From Antedon mediterranea (taxonomy: Eukaryota; Animalia; Echinodermata), in the NCBI RefSeq assembly GCF_964355755.1, contig NC_092678.1, positions 16,101,881 through 16,165,880 of the forward strand: DNA of 64,000 bases, written 5' to 3'. Of this stretch, positions 39,459-53,026 are shown in pieces. A program made the translations under genes and the position numbers. Position 1 is the stretch's first letter. Every line of letters begins with the position of its first letter. Below the pieces are notes generated by a model. That model saw nothing but the letters and a program-made list of their open reading frames with translations, was not told the origin of the DNA and searched no databases.

Positions 39459-39770
39459 TTATGAACTGAACGATGAAATACGAATGTATTTCTTGAAAAC
39501 AGAAGATTTCCATCTCCCAAATTTTTGAATGAGGCTATCTGACCTGCCTAATGACGCAGCATGTGTTGCTGCCCCAATACGAAAACTGTGGCCCTTGTAA
39601 TGGCTCGGATTCAACCCAATAAACGACACTGCCGCTCTCAGCCGGCACGACACAAATTGTTGTGTTACCGCCTTGCCATCAAGGTGCTGAAACAAGGGAC
39701 CTGTGGACTGTTGGCAATGTGCGAGGTAGTTTGTTAGTGCGGCTACTGGGCAGTCTGTATGCAGATGATA
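39459..39770 (-). mobile_element. Tyrosine recombinase C-terminal fragment of a DIRS/Ngaro-type retrotransposon
   Basis: CPVAAL...GPLFQH...YKGHSFRIGAATHAA...IQKFGRWKSSVFKKYIR (HSxRxG, GRW, catalytic Y). Confidence 0.88.
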
Positions 39771-40102
39771 CAGAACTTCTGATATACAGTAAATGAAGTG
39801 CTTGCAAAAATTAATGAATATTTACAAAATATCAAAACATGTCTAGCAATTAAAAAACATAGCCTAATAAAACACAACAACCCAATAAAGGCTTGAAAAA
39901 TTAGCAAATTGATCTAAATTCACTGTTTCAAAGTTGTAACTTCCAAATAAATTGTTATTATTAAACATAGAAAATTCTGTTCGGTTGCAGAAAGTAAAAA
40001 TCTACAGTAGATAAATCTGTGTGATAAACAAATAGATAATGTTAAAATAAAGTATTGCCAGGCTTGTACTACTTTTTAAAAAGTCTTGTTCCAAAACATG
40101 TA

Positions 40103-40224
40103 TTTTTAGTCACGTGGACGCGCGCGACTCAATAGTTCACTATGTCGGTTGCTCGGTCTGTCTGTCGGTCCGTTATCACTACCGTATGCGTTTTAGCACG
40201 CGACTTATGGCTGTTGGCCTTGTT
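40103..40224 (+). mobile_element. HINE/DINE-1-like copy
   Basis: Same family as 20493-20617. Confidence 0.75.
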
Positions 40225-40579
40225 CTAATGTATAATAGATTTATCTCCCCACAGTTTAACTAATTGTAATATTGTGTGGGGCAGATCAAAAATAAAAAAA
40301 TACACTACAAATGCTACAAAACAGAGTAGCCAAAATATTTACATAAACAAGGAAATATGACTCCAATACACAAGCCCTGCAAAACTTAAACTGAATAGGC
40401 CTAAACCTTGACTCTCAACTGCATAACAATGAAGCCAAAATGTTGGATAAAATAAACCAAGTGCCACAATATTATCTAATTACACCCAAAATAGATACAT
40501 ACAATATCAATATCGCTTGTATTCTATTTTTATAACAAAATAAATAATTATATTCTTGATTACTTATTTTTTATCAAAG

Positions 40580-43500
40580 ATGAGAAAATCTCGGGTGTTG
40601 CCGATGCAAGGGCGATTTAATGGCAACAAATTGGCCTTTCTGTTGTTGGTCTCTGTCATCTCTGTTGTCATAATGCTGCTGGAGTTTGAACTTGCAGTCA
40701 ATAAGAACAGCTGGCACAAGAATGACGTCATTGTGCCATTTTGGGCTCATCGTCGCCGGTAAGTTATTTTAATTTTTTCTTTCCTAAAATTTAAAGTTAT
40801 ATTGTCCACCTGAAAAATTAATTTGTGGTATTTTTTTAATATACCATTTTAATGTCACGTATTTATTTATCCATTCTAGTTTATTGAAAATATATGAGAG
40901 TTCAAATTGAGTCTATTAACCCAATGTAAAAGAACGAATACATCATTACATAAGGTCACTTTCATCAGTTGACACAAGATCAAAGGTCAACATTTTTATA
41001 TGCATATTATTAGTTAATTATTTGATCAGTAAAGTTATAGTATTTCATTATAACGTTAATCAATATAATTATAATACTGTAATTAATCAAATCAGACATA
41101 AAATGTTACGCTGACCTTAAATAAAATAGACGGTTAAAACACAACTTATAACACTTTGCAAAATTAATTTTGCAAAGATGGTCAGAACATGGTTGCAGGC
41201 CTGCAATATTAATTTTGAGGCAATATAATATAACAATTTAAGGCAATAAACACTCTGATTTGATCTGCTCTGTTTATGTTGGCAATATATAATTTTGGTT
41301 TTTATTTGTTTTGGTACTCCGATAACTGAGAATACTTAGCCAGTCTGTGCACCTTAACTGGTAAACAAAATACAATTATGTGGTTTTTGTCTAGATTTGG
41401 TAGCTTTGTAAAGTTTACAGATTAGTCTTCATTGGTTTTTCACAGGCGCCTTGAGCACTTTGGTGGATAAGCGTTTAACAAAATCTTACTATACTATTGG
41501 TTGTCACTTTTTTCATCCAAATTGCAATCAGAACATACCAGGGTTAACATTTATCAATATTTGCTTATACTTTTGCTTAAGCTAAAATATTTAAGAAGTG
41601 CTTAAGCAAATAACTTAATCTTATTTATCAAACCGTCTTGGAAAAATGTTCTTGTTCAATTTTACTTTGCACATGCGCAAAATTAAACTCTAGAAGGCAG
41701 CAAATTATGTCTTAAGACAAAAACATTCTTACTTTCGTGTTCGCATTAGCTTTTTTCTCTTAAGCCCCTTTCTCACAGAGCTGTGTGCCAGGAATGTTGC
41801 GGGAATATACCATTACCATGCCGGTATGATTTTCTGTGAGAACGGGTCGTCTTGGCATCATGCCGGCATCGACATGACCTGCTTTAGACCTAGTAATATT
41901 ACTGGGATATTCTCCGCAATGCCAAACGGGCATTCTGTGAGAACGTAACGCCAATATATTTAATTCCCCGTCGAGGCTTTGACACCTTGCGCGGTCAAGT
42001 GTATCACTTTGGCGCCGATTAATTTCAATTAACAATAATAATGTCAAAGTGGAGGGATAATGAGATAAGAGAGCTGTTAAAATAAGGGGACAAGAAGAAA
42101 TTTGTAGCATATAATCTATAGGCCATAGGCCTACTTAGCTCTTTGTTGGTGCCTGACCCTTCGTCGCCTTGTAAATTGTACAGCCTGCAGATTTCTCCTT
42201 CTAAGGTGTTTTACAGATTGCCGATGACGGCTAATTAATTGCTGTACCTGTATAATATATGCACAATATACTGTACATAGCATGTATTGCATAAATATGC
42301 TATATATGAAGATAATAATCTGTAACTTAAAATTCGCCGCCATTGTAATATAGTGTGTTGAGGTACTGACTTGCAATGAGGACTCTACTCGCTTGACTGC
42401 AGTAACACATATATTGTTTATTCATTATAATATTTCAACTTGGTGATACAATAATAATGATGCAACTAACAAACTGACTAAGGAACAGAGGATGCGGTGA
42501 TGCTGTCGGTGAGATGTGAGTGCAGGTCTGCTTCTGAGGAAGTGGCTGTGAGGTGTGTCTGGGCTCTTCTGAAACTTGGGGGTATATTGGCTTCGGTTCA
42601 TTTGCATATGTCGTTACATTATCTCAGAAGCTAATGATTGGTCCTAAGTTGATCCAGGGGTGTTTAAGTGGGAGTGATTGATCTTATCTGGGGAGGTTAC
42701 AATGATGAATTGGCCCTTTCAAATCTTTGCTTAAAACTGTCAATATCTAATTGTTTTACGATGGGAACGGTTAGAGAGGTCAAATAAACTGTTTACTTTG
42801 GGATTTAAATGAGAAATTTAAATGAAATATCAAAATTCACAAATGTATCATAAATTGTTATTTTCAGTTATTTCTAATCTTTGATATAATTACTTTATGG
42901 GAGAAAAAAAAATTAGAAAAAAAATGTGAAAAATTGGATTATTTAGGCCTTATAAAATTCTCTCTAGCAACGGCTTTTGGACTATAAAAAACTAATTTAC
43001 CTATGTATTTTTGAAGAAAAAAAGACAGAGCATGTTTAGAAAGCTTATTCAGAATCAACCAATCACAGGTTCTCTCTCAAACAGGCTTTATTGTCATGGT
43101 TCAGTGGCTATGAAACCACATGTTATTCATTCATAAAGCCAAGCTAACATTGTTAACATTGTCAACAAAAGCTATCAAAATGTATCAAAGTAAACAGTCA
43201 AAATTTGTCTGAAATTTGTGTTTAGATAGTCTTTATATATTTTAGAATACTTTAGTATTGAATTTAAATGGGATCTTCAAGAAATAAAGCCAGAAAAAGA
43301 GCTAGAAAGTTTCATGGTATACAAGCATAGTAAGCCCAGGCCTGATGATGATCAGAATGAGTCTAACAGTGACGCTCAAGAAGGTACTAGTACTAGGCCT
43401 AGCCTTAATTTATCTGCTTCAGCAATAAAATTGAAGAGATCTAGAGAAAGTTCAGAGTCAGGTAATGAATCTATAGGACTTGAACATTGCCAGGATGGAT

Positions 43501-46500
43501 ATGTATTTGTTAGTGTTGAGTTGCTATGTAGTTTTATTGAATGCAACACAAGATGTCATGAATGCAAATGTGAGGTATCATGCGGACTGAATGTAAAAAA
43601 CAAACAAGGTTTCTGCCATTTCATCAGCGTTCAATGTACAGAGTGTGATTGGAGTACACAGTTTCAAACTTCCAAAGATGTTGAAAAAGATGAATCTGTA
43701 CAAGGAAAGCTCACAAAAGAGATAAATGTACGCATGGTGGCTTATGCCAGGGCAGTCGGAAAAGGACATTCATGCCTCACAAAACTTTGTATATTGGCAA
43801 ATTCACCCCCACCTATGACAGAGGATTGCTACAACAGCATATTTGAAAAAAAGTCCTTGCAGCATCAACTGAAGTTGCTAGAGAGAGCATGAGAAAAGCA
43901 ACAAGTGAAATAAGAACTGATGATAGCGTCAAAGATTGTGGCCTTCATGGGAAAACTCAAAACGTAAATGAATGTTTGAACAAACTTATTTGGGACAGAT
44001 GTTCAAAAGAATATTTTGTAGAGAGCCCTATTATAAAGGATGCTGTAAATATGACTGTCAGCTATTTCAATGATGGATGCAGTAGCTTTTTGGAACTTTT
44101 TCTTTTATTAAATATAACACCAGGAACTTTGACAGAGTTGGCATGCGAGAAAACTGACTAAAAAAGAATCATGCATGCAGAAAATAAAAAATCCGATCGA
44201 CAAAAGACGAACATCACTTAGACACATAAAAAAAAGGGTGGATTGACAAAAGGCAACAAGAAGAAGGAGATGTGTATACACCAGGGGGACATTAGTGGGG
44301 TTTTTGCTCAAAAAGAACAATAAAAATGAACTTTTGCATGCGTGCTGATATATTATAATGTGTATATGATTTTCCGCCTCCGTTTCCGTGGAACCATATT
44401 TTGATCAATTTGGTATCTTTGAAACATGATTACTCAAAATCAACTGTATCAATCTTGATAAAATTTGGTATACATACAGCACTAACTGTACTCTACTGCA
44501 TAAAATAAAATTAATAATGTTGTGTTTGTTAATAACTTAATTTACTCATATGAATAATATAATGAGCCATCGAAACATTTTAAAAAGTCGTATATGATTA
44601 ATATTATCAATCTGTCATAAAATATTTTAGGTTTTAAAGGTTCATGCAGTGCATTATGATGTAATAGATGTAATTACAAAGTTTGATTGAATTCCATTTA
44701 GCCAATTTTAAGATATGGTGTTTTAAAGATTTACTGTAATTTGATACGTTGGGGGCCATTTTGAATATATAATTAGCGCTAATTAAAAATTTGTTTGTTT
44801 AAATATAATTGTTATGACCTAATTTACAAATAAAACTTACTGTTACCTTTATTTAAACTAAAATTAAATAAATGACTTTTTTACCCATGTTCTTTTAAAA
44901 CATCTGGACAATTTCTCCTCTGGACATTCTGGGTCAAATTCGTGAACTTAGTTGATTTCTAATACAAAAGTTGATTTCTCAATTATAAAAGTATATCATT
45001 ATAATTATTACACCATATATCGCTATACAAAAATAATAACAATAAAGGACGCCCTCAATAATTATTTTGTCAGATACTTTTTATTGGCCGAATATGCCCG
45101 ACTCCTTTCTCACAAAAATCCGGTATATACCGGTTATATTTCCGGCACGATAGTCCAATGAGAATGGGTATATGCCGGTAACAATACCGGCACGACGCCA
45201 GCGTCATACCGGTATATAGCAGGCACATCTGTGAGAAAGGGACTTTAGCAATGGCTGCACTATAACATTTTATCTCCGTATTTTCACTCCCAACAAGAGA
45301 GGGCATTCTGGCTACTAGTATTTTTATTACTTGAAATAGAGAAAGAGCACAACAGTCGGAAATACATACGAAAATCATTTGCTCATTCTGTGAAGATTTT
45401 GGTCATTTGGTTTAGTTTGCAACAAAGTTTTGATTATCTCTACACGTAACCACCAGGAATGATTTCTGATTTCTCTTTCGAAAAAAAGAAGAGACTCTAC
45501 AGCTCACTTTGTCGGTTGGTTGGTAAAAACTAATTTGAGCACGTGACTGCAGCCATGTATATGGCTTTGTTTATATTAGTTGACATTGACTTGGTTCTTT
45601 TAGTCTCCGACCCTTGTCACTGCCAATAATGATTTTTGATATCCCATTCATTTTATCCTAATAGTCTATTGTTTTCCAATACAATGTAATGTTTTATTAT
45701 GAATAAGCTTAAATTGAAATGAAAATATCTTACGTTCGTTATATAGACGCATAAAGAAGAGAATCAGATGAGTTTATTCTCTCCTGACATCATACTCCTA
45801 ACTTTGAACAGTATATATGCAACCTTGGGAAAGGTGGATCTTAACTGGCTTTCCTTCTCTTCAGAAAACAAAATGTGTACTACACTATGAACAGGAATCT
45901 GTGGCTAGCAACAATATCGAGACTCATATAAACAGTGTGGTCTGTTTGTGTAGTGAGTTGTGGATTCCAGTTTTTATTATTCAATAAAAGAAAAAATCTA
46001 AGTCATTATTGATCAAGATTATAGATCTGAGTAAATGTGTCGTCAACTAGGGAAACATGCAATATTCTCTTAATATTTTCAAAAGGACATAGTGACGAAT
46101 CCAAGATCATTAAATAGAAAATGATGGGATCAGTGAATGGCCAGAGTCCTAGAAATTGTGAATTGAAATTAAAGGTGGGGGTGGTATTCTCTGATTCTGA
46201 CATTAGGGTTGGTGAGTACCCTGCCAAAATACGCAAACTATGCCAAAATACGCAAATTGAGGGCGCTATGCTTTGCCAAAATACGCAAATCATGCCAAAA
46301 TACGCAAATTTGCTTTACCAAAATACGCAAATCAAGCCAAAATACGTAAATTGAGAGCGCTATGCTTTGCCAAAATACGCAAATCTGCTTTGCCAAAATA
46401 CACAAATCATGCCAAAATACGCCAATCTGCTTTGCCAAAATACACAAATCATTCCAAAATACGCAATTTTAGGGCGCTATGCTTTGACATAATACACAAT

Positions 46501-46867
46501 TCATGCCGAAAAGCACAAATCTGCTTTTCCAAAATACGCAAATCATGCCAAAATTCGAAAATTGAGGGCGCTATGCTTTGCCAAAATGCAAAAATCATGC
46601 CAAAATACGCAAATCTGCTTTGCCAAAATACACAAATCATGCCAAATTACGCAAATTGAGAGTGCTATGCTTTGCCAAAATACACAAATCATGCCAAAAT
46701 ACGCAAATTGAGGGCGCTATGCTTTGCCAAAATACGCAATTCATTCGCTCCTCTTGTAAATAGGCTTGAAAAAAACAAGTATTGGCTTAGCAAAAGGTAC
46801 AAAAACGTAGCCGTATACTTTACTATCATAATTGTGTTAAATGTTTATATATATATATATATATATT

Positions 46868-46927
<60 letters not shown>

Positions 46928-49900
46928 CAATGATGTTGCGTAGCACTGTGTAAATTATATATAAATCATACTGTAAATTATAGAAACAGTGCTCATATTC
47001 GGAACATGATCTCATAATCGCGTCGAGCATAGCTCATTGGCGAAAGTTCCGTATTTTTTAGTTGTATGAAAAAATGTCTCTGGCTGGATTCGAATCATTG
47101 ATTTACATATACACAATATGATTTAAAAAACCGTTGCGAATTAAAGTTGGAATTTATTCTGACTTGTCAAGCCTCCACTGATTGTGAGGGCGTTTGTTGT
47201 ATGAGAGAATGTATCTGGTGGGTGAAAATCTGTGATAATACCATACATGGCTCTGTGGCCTAGTGGTATGATACTCGCCCTGTAAGCGAGAGGTTGCAGG
47301 TTCGAATCCAGCCAGAGACATTTTTTCATACAACTAAAAAATACGGAACTTTCGCCAATGAGCTATGCTCGACGCGATTATGAGATCATGTTCCGAATAT
47401 GAGCACTGTTTCTATAATTTACAGTATGATTTATATATATATATATATATAAACAAATCAGGCACAGAACATTAATTCTAAACCGCCCGGTGATATATAT
47501 ATAAATCAATGATGTTGCGTAGCACTGTGTAAATTATATATAAATCATACTGTAAATTATAGAAACAGTGCTCATATTCGGAACATGATCTCATAATCGC
47601 GTCGAGCATAGCTCATTGGCGAAAGTTCCGTATTTTTTAGTTGTATGAAAAAATGTCTGGCGGGATTCGAACCTGCAACCTCTCGCTTACAGGGCGAGTA
47701 TCATATAACCACTAGGCCACAGAGGAGCCATGTATGGTATTATCACAGATTTTCACCCAGATACATTCTCTCATACAACAAACGCCCTCACAATCAGTGG
47801 AGGCTTAACAAGTCAGAATAAATTCTAACTTTAATTCGCAACTGTCGTGTCAATTGATTGAAATTGAAAATACGGAACTTTCGCCAATGAGCTATGCTCG
47901 ACGCGATTATGAGATCATGTTCCGAATATGAGCACTGTTTCTATAATTTACAGTATGATTTATATATAATTTACACAGTGCTACGCAACACCATTGATTT
48001 ACATATACACAATATTATTTAAAAAACCATTTAAAAAATATATACTGTATTTTAGCTAAAATTCAGTATATAAAATAATTTAACTTAATTACATAATGTA
48101 CAATAAACACATGATAGTATTGCCCAATAGAATTTACTCATTTTTTTAGGCACAGGCCTAGCCTAGGTAGGGCTTCTACTTCTAGGCCCTAGCTAGCTAC
48201 CATTTTAAAACCCAAAAACAATCGAAATAACTATTCCGAATCCGTCTTATGCTACATTACGCGAGTTAACATATTATTTCAGATGAAAAACATTGAGTTT
48301 TATATTGTTTTATCCATACGTAATTACACTGGCATTAAAGATATAACATTAAAATGTAGGCCGTTTATGAGCTATTTCGCCGATTTCTTATCGCTGGGAA
48401 ATTCCCCATCAGACAGCAGGGACATCGATCGATCGATCGAGGAGTAGGCCTAGGCTAGAGGCCTAGCGTGCATGCCGGAACGGGTGGAATATTATTGCTA
48501 TATAAATAACAAGTTTGAACAAAAGAGCTTACGAAAATCTTAGGTAAAAAAATCAAAATGCGGTAGAAAACGTCGAGATAGCGGTAGCGCGGTATATGGG
48601 TACTAAAAGCGGTAGACTACCGCGAGTAGCGGTAGACTTGGGACCCCTGAAAGTCTCGGCTTTGACTTTGAATTAACGGTGTTGCTGGAAAAAATTGCAG
48701 AGATTTGCTATCAGACGATCAAAAGCTTGAAATTACCGCGACGATAAACTTTCGCCGTGAGGGCACTATTTATGTATTTTTTCGGCTTTTGGAACTATCG
48801 CAAACATCGTTAAAATGTCTTGTTTTTAATAATATTCTCTAATCTTAGACAATTTGTCCTAATGCTAAATACAAAAAATAAAGCAAACACTGTAAGATTG
48901 GAAGAAAACTTTATTAATTGGTCATTGTAAGTAATTATATAATAATTGTAAATAATAGTTTTTATTTGGTTTTATAGTTACGTTCTATGATTGGTCAATA
49001 TTGAATCACAAATGATTTTTTATATGGTGATTGAATAGACACCTATAATCATAAAAATGTAATAAAATACCAAATTGTGCTTCGAAAAATGTGTTATAAT
49101 ACATATACATAATACATTGTTGTAATTGTTAAATTTTGAACTTTAATCCTTTATACTGTATCTCAAAAACGCTTCCTATCTTGATCGATTACCTTCCATA
49201 ATCGTTGTATGGCAATTTGTCCCTTTCGGGCAGTGATTCCCCCCTCTTGCAACCGGACTATAACGAATAGATAAATACAACCACCACCATAACATTTTAA
49301 ATTTAATAGAAAGCTCTATACTCTATAGTCAATATTTATTTACATATTATTTTGTTTTAACTTTTAACTTTTAGTGTAATCAATGAAACACAAGCGAAAT
49401 GTACTGATGGAAACAATGTGTGTAATGAAACAAATGACAACATAAGTGTACCTTCACCAACACAAGCGAAATGTACTGAAGTTGATTATATTGTGTTTCT
49501 AAAAACACACAAGACAGCCAGCACAACTCTAGCCTCCATTCTCGAGCGATTTGGCTACATCAGAAATCTACTTTTTGCCGTTAGTAAAAGGGGACATACT
49601 ATTTCTGATTCACATTTGTTTAACAGCAATATGATACCTTCACTCTCTTCTCTTAACTCTAAAGGTTTAAATATATCATCTATGGGAACTGGATATCATC
49701 TACTTACTAACCACGTAAGATACAACCGTCCAGAACTGGACGCTGTGATCCACGATGCTAAGTACATAACGATCATTCGCGAACCTGTCGCAAATTTCGA
49801 ATCAGCTTTTGGTTATTTTGAAATGGCTAAACATCTTAGATTGACAAGTCATAAGAATCCTATTGAAACGTTCATGAAAACGCCTAAGTTATTTCTCGAC

Positions 49901-50584
49901 AAACATTTCTACCAGTGGAAAAGAGCTAAGAACGGCCAATTATTTGACCTGGGCCTAGAGCATAAAACGATTGATGACTACTACACTGTAAAGCAAAAAA
50001 TTCAGAAACTGGACTCTGAATTTGATTTAGTTCTTATTACTGAATATTTTGATGAATCTTTGATATTGTTGAAGAGGTTGATGTGTTGGAGTTTTGAAGA
50101 TATTCTCTACGTTTCTAACGGAATACGAAGCGCGAGTCATCGATACGCCCTCAATTTTGAACTTCGAGCAAAAATACGCGAATGGAATAGTGCTGACGTC
50201 ATGCTGTATACACATTTTAATGAAACATTATGGAGAAAAATTAAAGAATATGAAGGAAATTTCGACAAAGATCTCGCCGAGTTCCGATTACGGCAACAAC
50301 AAGCTATGAACAAATGTATTGACGATGAACGACTTAACAAGAAAGACAGACGAGAAGTTAAATATGTCCTAAAACCTAACATGACAAAGTCCATTTTCTG
50401 TCAGAATTTGCTGAGAGATGATGTAGTATATACTAAGTTGATAAGAAACAAAATGAAGCAATATGGCCTGTATTTACCCTCCTCACCTAATAAAAGTATT
50501 CCCGTTGTCCCGGGGGCACGGAAGCCACATTCTTCTAATAAGCATTCACGTCGTCGGCCTCAACAACGTGTTAGAAAAACTTAG
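40580..50584 (+). CDS. GAL3ST: Galactose-3-O-sulfotransferase, copy B; exons 40580-40758 and 49375-50584 (462 aa)
   Basis: Exon 1 paralogous to 1423-1592, ends CG|GTAAGT; acceptor TTTTAG at 49374 joins in phase 2; catalytic exon open with the same PAPS motifs. Confidence 0.92.
42344..45012 (-). mobile_element. Solo LTR (related to 8262-8831) split by a Kolobok-like insertion
   Basis: TGTAAT...ATTACA termini; TSD CCAT (42340-42343, 45013-45016); 42344-42821 and 44895-45012 align with the two parts of the 8262 LTR. Confidence 0.8.
42822..44894 (+). mobile_element. Kolobok-like DNA transposon remnant; transposase pseudogene ~43268-44290 with the catalytic middle deleted
   Basis: KRARKFHG start, CHEC...CTECDW...INVRMV...PPPM and LHGKTQNVNECLNKLIWDRCSK motifs; TTAA at both junctions; TIR pair not evident. 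Confidence 0.72.
46222..46740. repeat. Complex minisatellite built on GCCAAAATACGCAAAT with three alternating linkers
   Basis: Core recurs about 20 times with linkers CAT, CTGCTTT and TGAGGGCGCTATGCTTT. Confidence 0.9.
46847..46923. repeat. (TA)n microsatellite
   Basis: Direct reading. Confidence 0.95.
46924..48030. mobile_element. Cluster of direct and inverted copies of a ~367-bp tRNA-containing repeat in (TA)n
   Basis: Forward partial 46924-47094, inverted 47094-47435, forward 47502-47843, inverted partial 47866-48030; same unit at 62247-62778. Confidence 0.8.
47249..47320 (+). pseudogene. tRNA-like sequence (tRNA-Pro-like D and anticodon stems) inside the repeat
   Basis: GGCTCTG-TGGCCTAGTGGTATGATA-CTCGC-CCTGTAA-GCGAG-AGGT-TGCAGG-TTCGAAT-CCAGC-CAGAGAC; stems partly mismatched. 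Confidence 0.65.
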
Positions 50585-52056
50585 AATGTGTACTTGTTAA
50601 AATTGTAGTACTAGGCCATATGAGTAGTTAGAGGTGGTGTAAGTTTAATCCAAACTTTTCTTCACATTATGTTGTTCCTGACACTTTCTTGACGATGGCT
50701 ACCCAAAATCAAGGATTATTCAGTTACCAGGTAATTAGTGATGGTTACGCAATCAATTCCATCAAGAATAATTTCATAAATTACAAATAGTTTGTAAAAT
50801 CGGTGATGCATATGCTGCTAATATTCGTCATGTCACCATCAATTAACTAGATAATCGCTGAATGTTCAATGTAATTTGAAAAGTCCGTTTCATTACGCTG
50901 TTGATCTCTTTTTTTAAAACGTCATAATTATTAATAACTCAATCTTTTCAAAAAGGATTTGTTGGTTAAACTTTAAATATGGAGAGTGTGAATCTGTCTT
51001 TGTTTCACTATTGTACAATATTACGGTAATAATAGTAATAAATAATAATCTCAACTAATAACGTAACTATGGTATATAATTTTGCATCATGTTTTGTAAA
51101 TTGACATACATTTTTATAGTATATGTAATTGTGAAACGTTGATTGTTTTTCACAAATTATAAAAATAAAAACAGATGTACAGTTTTAAATAGTCTAGACA
51201 GTGTTTCGACTTAATATTTAAAATATAACTATTGAAGCCACTAAGGCTAAAGTTAAAGAGATAGTATCCATTTATTATAAGCCATTCCCCAAGGCCTCTT
51301 TGTCAGACTTCCATGTGAAGTTTTCAAGAAGACATCCACCAAGTACCAAATGAGTAAGTATTTTTTTGTCACATGATCTTTTTTGGGATTTGGCAGTCCA
51401 CTGCAGGACACATCACTCATAAAGTTTTTAATTTGCTTCTCTCTTTTCCCATTTCTCTATCTCTGTTTGCCTCTTTCCATTTTCCCTATCCTTAGTTGCC
51501 AATCTGCTTGTCAATGTATTATCCACTAATATTTTTAATCTATATGAAACACAAACAATTTGTCCGCTGCAGCACGCCGCTGTGCGACATCCGATCTGTC
51601 TGAATGTTGCTACGGAGATGTCCATGGGCTATATGAAAAGTTCGTAAACAAAATTTTTCTGATTTATGACTTCTTAAATAATTAAAAAAAAGATAGTAAA
51701 TGTGGAATTCAAGATTATAAAAGCTAAAACCGTGCAAACGGCACCATTACCATTGATAGAGGTGAGTCGATTGGTCAGGCGCAATTTCAAGTAAAAGAAA
51801 AACCACGCGGTCGTGGATTACTCACTTCCATTTTATAATAATAAACATTAGGACGATTTATGAAGGCTTTACAACTATATATTGTTATATATTTCTAAAA
51901 TTTTATAGTGTAGGCCCTACGTTTATTCGTTTTCTTTCACTCTTGGCGTGTGTACAAAATCGTACTATACAGAAATGATTGTCCCATTCAAGTGGGTATA
52001 GAATCACAACAACTGGGGGCGCTATTTTCATAGTACACAGTGCGTTCTCAATGTTT

Positions 52057-53026
52057 ATAGAGTTCTGCGGTGTGACGTCACAACCATAGATGGCGCTGCG
52101 TGGTTGCTAGCGCAACCAAATAATATGCGTTCAACGCTACTATGTTGATATACTGCATAGATCTGTATTTCTATCAAATTATATATCTTAGCTTGATTTT
52201 TTAGACTTAAACTGTAGTTGAAGAATAAATATTTAGTGCTCTTTTGAAATGTTAGTTTGTTTTTATTGAAAATTATTAAGTTTTAAAATGACTACTTCAA
52301 TAAGCATATTCCAAACAATTGGTGACCTTGTAGTCACTCATGCAGGTTGAACGCATTTTTTGGTTGGCTAGAAACCACGCAGCGCCACCTACCCAGAGTC
52401 ATATATATATAGAGAGTTTCGACTTTGAATGGAGTAGAAGCCATGTTTGTGTCCAACTATTCCTATGTAGAGTATGGAGTCTTTTGTTTTGAAAATGTAT
52501 AACGTTCAAAAGGCTTTAACTATCGAAATTAATATCAAAACAATCAATTTGTTTTAAGGTTTTTATTAAAATAATAAAAAAATTATAAAGTTACTGCGAA
52601 CATAATTTTAAACAACAAAAATAGCAATTTCGGAACGGCTCTGGCTGTGCACTTCATGCACGTTCTACGCGTGCGCGTTTATTTTGTACAGCGATTCTCT
52701 ATAGTAATGCATTGTTTTTAAATTTTGTTGTTTAAAATTATGTTCGCAGTAACTTTATGATTGATAACAAAAACCTTTAAACAAATTGATTGTTTTGATA
52801 TTAATATCGACATTTAAAGCTTGTGAATGTTATAAATTTGTTAAGGAAATGACTCGACTCCATACTCTACATAAGCATAGTTGGACACAAAGATGGCCGG
52901 TGTGCACCCCACGTGACTTTCTAAAATCTGTGAACGCAATGTCGAAACTCTTTATATATATGGCTCTGCACCTACCGTACATGCAGAACCACCTACTTTC
53001 GTGACGTCAGTACCGCAGAACTCTAT
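52057..53026. mobile_element. MITE (ATAGAGTTCTGCGG TIR) with a nested insertion
   Basis: Terminal inverted repeats 52057-52070 / 53013-53026 and an internal inverted pair 52087-52136 / 52345-52392. Confidence 0.65.
52394..52968. mobile_element. hAT-type palindromic MITE
   Basis: CAGAG...CTCTG termini, long inverted arms, 8-bp TSD CACCTACC (52386-52393, 52969-52976). Confidence 0.82.

Larger units (their letters stand above)
41763..45244. mobile_element. PIF/Harbinger-type non-autonomous element
   Basis: TIR AG(C/T)CCCTTTCTCACAGA; 3-bp TSD TTA (41760-41762, 45245-45247); subterminal TGTGAGAA repeats. Confidence 0.82.

Noticed and set aside
42330-42343. Primer-binding site TGGCGGCG next to the LTR
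   Set aside because: CCAT is the TSD repeated at 45013-45016, so this is a solo LTR and the TGG is target sequence.
46006-46953. Cluster of short ORFs on both strands
   Set aside because: Products of minisatellite and (TA)n translation.
47249-47320. Functional tRNA genes here and at 62834-62905
   Set aside because: Mismatched stems, atypical anticodon loops, and both are embedded in multi-copy repeats.
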